11,927 bases of DNA, taken from NCBI GenBank assembly GCA_039683575.1, contig JBDKRC010000124.1, positions 1 to 11,927 on the forward strand, written 5' to 3'. Source of the DNA: Armatimonadia bacterium (GTDB lineage: Bacteria; Armatimonadota; Zipacnadia; Zipacnadales; UBA11051). A model generated the notes under the pieces. The model was not told where the DNA came from and did no database searches. It saw only the letters and a program-made list of their open reading frames with translations. Below, in pieces: positions 1 to 5,828 of the stretch. Every line of letters starts with the position of its first letter. Position 1 is the first letter of the stretch. Made by a program: the position numbers and the translations under genes.

Positions 1-1077
1 TCCAAGCAGATGTACGAGGGCTTCGCCGAGCACACCAACCGCCGCCCCGTCGGCTTCACCTGCAGCGGCTGGGCCGGTCTGCAGCGCTGGACGGGCACCT
101 GGACCGGCGACACCGGCGGCGAGGAACGCCCCCTCGTAGCCTGCCTCAACCTCGCCCTCTCCGGTCACGGCTTCAACACCGTGGACATGGAAGTCACCAC
201 CAAAGAGGGCATCCACTTCGGCTTCCTGCTGCCCTGGTCGCAGCTCAACTCCTGGAACTACTTCCGCCACCCGTGGTTCCAGGGCGAGGAACTGCAAAGC
301 ATCTTCACGGACTACGCCCGCCTCCGCTACCGCCTGCTGCCCTACCTCTACACCACCGCGTGGCAGGCCCACCAGACCGGCATGCCGATAATGCGGCCCA
401 TGTCCCTGATGTGGCCCGACGACCCGGAGACCGGCAAGTGCCTGCGCCAGTACATGCTGGGCGACAGCCTCCTCGTCGGCGCCTTCACAAGCGAAATCTA
501 CCTCCCCGAGGGCGACTGGTACGACTACTGGACCCAGGAGAAGCACACGGGAGGCCGCTGGCTGAAAGTGGAAGTCGCACCCGACAAGGGTGGCCCCCTC
601 TTCGTCCGCGCGGGAGCGGTCATCCCGTGCCACGCCGGGTTCAATCAGTACGTGGGCGAGAGCTTCGATGACGAGTTGGAGTTCTGGGTCTTCCCGGCCA
701 GCGAGGGAAAGGGCTCGTACTACGAAGACGATGGCTTCACTCTCGCCTACGAGCGGGGACACGGCAGAACCATCCGCCTCGACTACCAATTCGATGGCAC
801 CACCCTCACCGCCCGCCTGCACCCGGCTGAGGGCACATACCAGGGCGCGCCGCAAACGAAACGGATCGACCTGGTGGTCTGCGGCCCCGGTCATCCCTCC
901 GAGGTGCGCGTGGCCGGTGAACCGATCCAGATACTACGCGAACCGGACGATGAACCGGAGGACTGGGAGGGCGCAACGCACCCGTACGCGGACGTGCATG
1001 AGCTACAGCCCGCCGTGACGATAGTCCTTGGCCCCCGCTCTGTGAACGACCAAACCGTTGTGGAGCTTAAGTACTGA
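1..1077 (+). CDS. Glycoside hydrolase family 31 (alpha-glucosidase/alpha-xylosidase-like), C-terminal part; 5'-truncated by the window
   Basis: The frame is open from base 1. GH31 hallmarks are present: 'GLQRWTGTWTGD' (acid/base Asp), 'LRYRLLPYLYT', 'TGMPIMRPM', 'QYMLGDSLLV', 'IYLPEGDWYDYW', 'PLFVRAGAVIP', and 'YYEDDG' in the C-terminal beta domain. Confidence 0.9.
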   Translation, partial: SKQMYEGFAEHTNRRPVGFTCSGWAGLQRWTGTWTGDTGGEERPLVACLNLALSGHGFNTVDMEVTTKEGIHFGFLLPWSQLNSWNYFRHPWFQGEELQSIFTDYARLRYRLLPYLYTTAWQAHQTGMPIMRPMSLMWPDDPETGKCLRQYMLGDSLLVGAFTSEIYLPEGDWYDYWTQEKHTGGRWLKVEVAPDKGGPLFVRAGAVIPCHAGFNQYVGESFDDELEFWVFPASEGKGSYYEDDGFTLAYERGHGRTIRLDYQFDGTTLTARLHPAEGTYQGAPQTKRIDLVVCGPGHPSEVRVAGEPIQILREPDDEPEDWEGATHPYADVHELQPAVTIVLGPRSVNDQTVVELKY

Positions 1078-1093
1078 TCCTGGGAGGATGAAC

Positions 1094-3034
1094 GTGAAGA
1101 CTTCGCTCTGTGCCGTGTGCCTGTTGCTCTGCCTCGCCTGCCTCGCCGCAGACCTGCCCAATCTCGCCCAAAACCCCGGCTTTGAGGCCAAGGCCGCCTC
1201 AGGCCTCCCCAAAGCCTGGAGCGGCGATACCAAGGTCTTTTCCCACGTCGCCACTCCCGCCCATGCCGGGCAGGGCGCCCTGCAGTTCATCAACATGGAC
1301 GCCGGCAAGTACGCTCTCTGCCGCCAGGAACTCCCCCTCGTCCCCGGCAAGGCCTATCAGGCCAGCGTCTGGGTCAAGTGCGAGGGCGTCGAGGGCAACG
1401 ACTCCGGCGCCACTCTCTGCCTCGAATGGTACACTACCGACGACAAGTACCTCGGCGGCGCCTATCCCGGGGGGATCAAGGGCACGCAGGACTGGACCCA
1501 GGTCAAGACCGTCACGGGCCGCGTCCCCGCCACTGCCGCCAAGTGCTACGTCGTCTGCTACCTCCGCAAGGGCATGACGGGCAAGGCCTGGTGGGACGAC
1601 CTCGAGGTCAAGCAGTGGCTCGAGCCCGCTCTGCAGACGATGCTGCTCAAGCCCAACTACCGCGGGATCATCACCCCCGAGACCAAAGAAATCGTCCTCG
1701 CCGCCGACCTGATGCTCGACGACTACGATCTCAAACCCGCGCAGGTGGAGCTACAGGCCGACCTCGTCAGCCGCCAGGACACCAAGACGGTCCGTACGGT
1801 CAAGCTCACCCCTCGCGGCACCCCTGCCACCATCACAATGCCCACAGACGGCCTTGCGGTCGGCAAGTACCAGCTACAGGCCAGACTGGTCACCAGGGCC
1901 GATCAGAAGGTCATTGGCACCGATGCCTGGCGTCTCGAAGTCCCCGCCGAAGACCTCACCAAGCGCGCCGCCTACATTGACGAGCACAACCGCTGCATCG
2001 TCAACGGCAAGCCCTTCTTTCCCCTGGGCATGTACTGGAGCAGCATCAATGAGCCGGACATGAAGGTCTACAGCGACAGCGCCTTCAACTGCCTCATGCC
2101 CTATGGCTTCCCCAGCCAGGAGCAGATGGACCTCGCCCAGAGCAACAACCTCAAGGTCATCTACACGCTCAAGGACATCTACTCCGGGACAACGTGGGCG
2201 CCTAAGGGCATCAATACCCCCGAAGACGAACGCGCCTTCATGGAGACCAAGACCAGGCAGTTCCGCGAGCACCCCGCGCTCCTGGCCTGGTACCTCAATG
2301 ACGAACTCTCCATTGACCACATGCCCAGCCTCGAGGCTCACCAGGAGTGGATGGAGGACCTCGATCCCAATCACCCGACCTGGATCGTCCTCTACCAGGT
2401 AAACCAACTCCATCTCTACCGCAAGACCTTCGACGTCCTCGGCACCGACCCGTACCCAATCCCGTCCAAGCCCGCCCGCGAGGCCGCCAACTACACCATC
2501 CGCTCCCGCGAGAGCACCATGGGTTCCCGCCCCATCTGGCAGGTCCCCCAGGCCATGAACTGGGCCTGCTACCGCAAGACCGAGGAGGAGAAGAAGGGCC
2601 TGCGCATGCCGACCCTCGACGAACTGCGCTCCATGTCCTGGCAGTGCATCACCGAGGGCGCCACGGGCCTGATCTACTACAGTTGGTTCGACCTCAAGAA
2701 GATCCCGGCCGACTTCGACCGCGACTGGGCGAACACGAAGCAGGTCGCTGCGGAGATCAAGCAATACATCCCGGCCCTGCTCAGCATCGAAGAGCCGGCG
2801 AAGGTCACCGCGGACAAACAGGAGTGGCTGCACTGGACCACGCGCAAGCTAGGGAACGCAACTTACCTGTTTGCGGTCAATGATGAAGGGGAAGCCCACA
2901 AGGCGACCTTCAAGCTCGCCCAGACGCCGCAGGAGATCAAGCTGGAGGGCCGCACCGTCGCCGAGAAGCGCGGCAGCGCCCTTCAGGCCGACTTCGCGCC
3001 CTTCGAGCTGAAGGTCTACCGCCTGACCTTCTGA
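1094..3034 (+). CDS. Secreted carbohydrate-binding (CBM4/9-like) + Ig-like + TIM-barrel glycoside hydrolase-like protein
   Basis: GGAGG at 1083-1087 lies 6 nt before GTG 1094 (ATG 1088 is an alternative start). The N-terminus is a hydrophobic signal peptide (MKTSLCAVCLLLCLACLA), followed by a 'NLAQNPGFE...WWDDLEV' CBM-like jelly roll. Later motifs 'NGKPFFPLGMY', 'HPALLAWYLNDE', 'GTDPYP' and 'GATGLIYYSW' are typical of GH TIM-barrel domains. Confidence 0.7.
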   Translation: MKTSLCAVCLLLCLACLAADLPNLAQNPGFEAKAASGLPKAWSGDTKVFSHVATPAHAGQGALQFINMDAGKYALCRQELPLVPGKAYQASVWVKCEGVEGNDSGATLCLEWYTTDDKYLGGAYPGGIKGTQDWTQVKTVTGRVPATAAKCYVVCYLRKGMTGKAWWDDLEVKQWLEPALQTMLLKPNYRGIITPETKEIVLAADLMLDDYDLKPAQVELQADLVSRQDTKTVRTVKLTPRGTPATITMPTDGLAVGKYQLQARLVTRADQKVIGTDAWRLEVPAEDLTKRAAYIDEHNRCIVNGKPFFPLGMYWSSINEPDMKVYSDSAFNCLMPYGFPSQEQMDLAQSNNLKVIYTLKDIYSGTTWAPKGINTPEDERAFMETKTRQFREHPALLAWYLNDELSIDHMPSLEAHQEWMEDLDPNHPTWIVLYQVNQLHLYRKTFDVLGTDPYPIPSKPAREAANYTIRSRESTMGSRPIWQVPQAMNWACYRKTEEEKKGLRMPTLDELRSMSWQCITEGATGLIYYSWFDLKKIPADFDRDWANTKQVAAEIKQYIPALLSIEEPAKVTADKQEWLHWTTRKLGNATYLFAVNDEGEAHKATFKLAQTPQEIKLEGRTVAEKRGSALQADFAPFELKVYRLTF

Positions 3035-3039
3035 GGGCC

Positions 3040-3068
3040 TTGTCAGGTTTGGCTGGGTGCGTTATTCT
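3040..3068 (+). promoter_or_regulatory. sigma70-type promoter, predicted leaderless transcript starting at ATG 3075
   Basis: TTGTCA (3040-3045), a 17-nt spacer, then TATTCT (3063-3068). The predicted +1 falls on the A of ATG 3075, and there is no Shine-Dalgarno upstream of that ATG. Confidence 0.7.
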
Positions 3069-3074
3069 ATGGCT

Positions 3075-3392
3075 ATGGACGCACGATTGCGCCAGATCCT
3101 TCGGGAATTCCGCCATCAGGCGGAAGCCATTTTTGGCGACCGCCTGCTGAAGGTGATACTCATTGGCTCTCGCGCACGCGGCGACGCGCGGGAAGACTCT
3201 GACATAGACGTGCTGGTGGTGCTGCGTACCCCCGCCACAGTAGACGAGCGGGAACGTGTCTACGAGCGGCTCTCTGACCTCTGCCTGCGTGAAGATGTGG
3301 TGATATCGCTAACGTTCGTGCGGGAAGAGAACTACCAGGCGCGTCAGGCTCCACTCCTGCTTAACGTGGCCAGGGAGGGCATCGCGTTTTGA
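3075..3392 (+). CDS. Minimal nucleotidyltransferase (MNT) domain protein, putative antitoxin of module 1
   Basis: About 105 aa with the GSX10DXD motif 'GSRARGDAREDSDID' followed by 'VLVV'. The C-terminus 'PLLLNVAREGI' is typical of MNT. The stop TGA overlaps the TTG start of the next gene. Confidence 0.9.
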   Translation: MDARLRQILREFRHQAEAIFGDRLLKVILIGSRARGDAREDSDIDVLVVLRTPATVDERERVYERLSDLCLREDVVISLTFVREENYQARQAPLLLNVAREGIAF

Positions 3393-3799
3393 CAGCCAAA
3401 CAGCAGGCGTGGCTTGCTAAGGCGCAACGCAGCCTGTCCGCCGCACGCGTCATGCTCGACAACAACGCACCGGACATCGCAGCCTCGCGGGCGTACTACT
3501 CCATGTTCTACGTCGCGCAGGCCTTGCTGGAGATAGACGGCCTGCAGTTCTCGAGCCACAGTGCTGTTATCGGTGCCTTTGGCAAGCACTTCGCTGCGAC
3601 GGACCGCCTGCCGCGACACCTTCATCGTTACTTGTTGGATGCCTTTGACGCCCGCAACCAGGGAGACTACGACATCACTGATGAAGTCACTCCCGACTTG
3701 GCTCGGATGCAAATCCAGCACGCTGAGGAGTTCGTCAAAATCGGGGTCGAGGCGCTGACCGGCCAGCAGAGCCTCGAACTCGACGAAAACGCGACCTAG
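3389..3799 (+). CDS. HEPN domain protein (COG1895/UPF0332-like), partner of MNT module 1
   Basis: Motifs 'ASRAYYSMFY', 'SSHSAVIGAF' and 'RNQGDY' (R-X4-Y) are present. The TTGA start/stop overlap with the MNT gene is preceded by GGGAGG. Confidence 0.88.
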   Translation: MTAKQQAWLAKAQRSLSAARVMLDNNAPDIAASRAYYSMFYVAQALLEIDGLQFSSHSAVIGAFGKHFAATDRLPRHLHRYLLDAFDARNQGDYDITDEVTPDLARMQIQHAEEFVKIGVEALTGQQSLELDENAT

Positions 3800-3832
3800 A
3801 CGCCCAGGAAATACCAACCAAAGGTGGTGACG

Positions 3833-3857
3833 CGGGGAGGCAGCCAACGCCTCCCCG
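3833..3857 (+). other. GC-rich stem-loop immediately upstream of the paaK start (possible terminator, attenuator or translation element)
   Basis: CGGGGAGGC-agccaac-GCCTCCCCG forms a perfect 9-bp stem, followed by only TTCT and then ATG 3863. Confidence 0.55.
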
Positions 3858-3862
3858 TTCTG

Positions 3863-5161
3863 ATGCCTGATTACTATGACGACGACTTTTTGACCAGGGA
3901 CGAAATCCTCGAACTCCAGGACCTGCGCCTGCGCGATGTCGTGCAGCGCGCCTCCCAATCGGCCTACTACGGCGCCCGCTTTGCCGAAATGGGCCTCGAC
4001 CCGCAGACCTTCGAGGGCCTCGAAGGCCTCCGCCGCCTGCCGCTGACCTCCAAAAACGACCTCCGCTCCGGCATGCCCTATGGCTTCCTGGCCCTGCCCA
4101 AGTCCCAGGTCGTTCGGATGCACTACTCCTCCGGCACCACCGGCATCGCCACCGCGGTCTACCACACCGCCGACGACCTCCGCTTCTGGGCCGAGTGCGT
4201 CGCCCGCGGCATGCGCGGCATCGGCCTCACCAATGAGGACGTCTTCCAGAACATGATGGGCTACGGTCTCTTTACCGGCGGCCTCGGCTTCCACTACGCC
4301 TCCGAACTCGTGGGCTGCATGACCATCCCCTCCAGCGCCGGGAATACCGCGCGCCAGGTCCACCTGATGCGCAACTTCGGCACCACCGGCGTGCACATTC
4401 TCCCGTCGTACGCCCTGCGCGTCGTGCACTACTGCGAAGAGAACAGCATCGACATCCACAATGACCTGAGCCTTCGCGTGGGCTTCATCGGCGCCGAACC
4501 GCACACCGAAAAGACCCGGCAGCGTGTTGAGCAGATGCTGGGCGTGAAGATCTACAACTCATACGGTCTCTCCGAGATGGCCGGTCCCGGTGTTGCCATC
4601 GAATGCCCCGCCCAGGATGGCCTGCATCTGCGCGAGGATCAATATCTGGCCGAGGTCATCGACCCGGAGACACTGGAGCCCCTGCCCGACGGCGAACCCG
4701 GCGAACTCGTTCTCACCAGCCTCCGCCGCCAGGCGATGCCGCTGATCCGCTACCGCACTCGCGACATCACCAGCTTCAAAGCCGGCGTCTGTTCCTGTGG
4801 CCGGGCTCACCGCCGCCTCGAGCGCATCACCGGCCGCTCCGACGATATGCTCATCATAAAGGGCGTCAACCTCTACCCGCTGCAGGTCGAGCGCGTGCTC
4901 ATGGGCGTCGAAGAGGTTGGCAGCAACTACCTCATCAAGCTCCAGACGATCAACGAGATGGACGAGATGATCGTCCAGGTAGAGTTACGCCCGGGCCTAT
5001 TCTTCGATGAGATGCGCAAGATCGAGACCCTTCGCCAGCAGATCGTCGCCGAGCTGAAGAGCGAACTCCTCTTCACGCCCAAAGTCGAAATCCACCAGCC
5101 CAATACCCTCCCCACCAGCGAGGGCAAAGCCGTCCGGGTGGTTGACGAACGGGTGAAATGA
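3863..5161 (+). CDS. paaK: Phenylacetate--CoA ligase (PaaK family, AMP-forming aryl-acetate CoA ligase)
   Basis: Motifs: 'YSSGTTG' P-loop, 'GYGLFTGGLGFHY', 'GAEP', 'SYGLSEMAGPGVA', 'AMPLIRYRTRD', 'GRSDDMLIIKGVN' and C-terminal 'GKAVRVVD'. ATG 3863 is the preferred start; GTG 3824 or 3827 are possible. Confidence 0.92.
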   Translation: MPDYYDDDFLTRDEILELQDLRLRDVVQRASQSAYYGARFAEMGLDPQTFEGLEGLRRLPLTSKNDLRSGMPYGFLALPKSQVVRMHYSSGTTGIATAVYHTADDLRFWAECVARGMRGIGLTNEDVFQNMMGYGLFTGGLGFHYASELVGCMTIPSSAGNTARQVHLMRNFGTTGVHILPSYALRVVHYCEENSIDIHNDLSLRVGFIGAEPHTEKTRQRVEQMLGVKIYNSYGLSEMAGPGVAIECPAQDGLHLREDQYLAEVIDPETLEPLPDGEPGELVLTSLRRQAMPLIRYRTRDITSFKAGVCSCGRAHRRLERITGRSDDMLIIKGVNLYPLQVERVLMGVEEVGSNYLIKLQTINEMDEMIVQVELRPGLFFDEMRKIETLRQQIVAELKSELLFTPKVEIHQPNTLPTSEGKAVRVVDERVK

Positions 5162-5490
5162 TGAAACCGCCAACCACTGATCGAGCGCACCACGGGTTAG
5201 CATTGCCACGCGAGCGCCTGGCCGAATTCTGCCGCCGGCATCATGTCAAGCGGCTCTCGCTATTCGGCTCCATCCTGCGTGAAGACTTCAGCGGCGCTAG
5301 CGACATAGACGTCCTCGTGGAGTTTGAGCCAGGCCACACCGTTGACTTCTTCACTTTGTTCGACATGGAAGAGGAACTCTCGGAAATGCTCGCTGGCCGC
5401 CGGGTGGAGATCAACACCCCGCCTTCGCTGAGCCAGTTCTTCCGCGACGAAGTCCTGACCGAGGCGGAGGTACAGTATGCCCAACCGTGA
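5158..5490 (+). CDS. mntA: MNT nucleotidyltransferase family antitoxin (MntA-like, COG1669-type), module 2
   Basis: The GSX10DXD motif appears as 'LFGSILREDFSGASDIDVLVEF'. The start overlaps the paaK stop (ATGA), and the gene is directly followed by a DUF86 HEPN gene. Confidence 0.88.
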   Translation: MMKPPTTDRAHHGLALPRERLAEFCRRHHVKRLSLFGSILREDFSGASDIDVLVEFEPGHTVDFFTLFDMEEELSEMLAGRRVEINTPPSLSQFFRDEVLTEAEVQYAQP

Positions 5491-5818
5491 CTTAGTCCGT
5501 CTTCAGCATGTCATACAGGCTGGCCAAAAGGCGTTGGAACTATCCGCTGGCAAGTCACGAACTGAGGCCGACGCCGATGAGGCTCTGCGCCTTGCGCTCA
5601 TCCACCTGCTTGAAATCATGGGAGAGGCCGCGACAGGCCTGTCGTCCGAGTTCCGCCAGCAGAATGCTGAGGTGCCATGGACCAAAATCATCGCGCTCCG
5701 CAATCGCCTCATCCATGGCTACTTCGACGTAGATTTCGATATTGTCTGGGATACGATACAAGAGAGGCTTCATCCGCTAATTCCGGAGCTTGAGGCCATC
5801 GTTTCGCGGATGCAGTGA
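5477..5818 (+). CDS. hepT: HepT-like HEPN ribonuclease toxin (DUF86), module 2
   Basis: Motifs 'LEIMGEAA' and 'VPWTKIIALRNRLIHGYFDVD' contain an intact RX4HXY. GGAGG at 5466-5470 lies 6 nt upstream, and the gene overlaps the MNT gene by 14 nt. Confidence 0.9.
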   Translation: MPNRDLVRLQHVIQAGQKALELSAGKSRTEADADEALRLALIHLLEIMGEAATGLSSEFRQQNAEVPWTKIIALRNRLIHGYFDVDFDIVWDTIQERLHPLIPELEAIVSRMQ

Positions 5819-5828
5819 AAGGTCACCA

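Noticed and set aside
1874..2833. 319-aa antisense ORF (also the +-strand shadow ORFs 273-671, 590-1018, 1110-1577, 1378-1980 and 2347-2883)
   Set aside because: These fully overlap well-supported genes, have Arg/Pro/Ser-rich or mirror-frame composition typical of high-GC shadow ORFs, and show no motifs.
3800..3863. Possible integron attC site after TA module 1 (…CCAAC … GTTCTGA)
   Set aside because: The putative R'' and R' boxes are not complementary and do not fit RYYYAAC/GTTRRRY. There are no L boxes, no similar site after module 2 and no integrase in the window.
3344..4504. 386-aa minus-strand ORF spanning HEPN1 and paaK
   Set aside because: It is the antisense mirror frame of two real genes, with no recognisable domain or RBS.
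3040..5820. Composite transposon or prophage/defence island carrying paaK
   Set aside because: There is no transposase, integrase or terminal inverted repeat. The two TA modules are not homologous repeats, and paaK has host-like codon usage.
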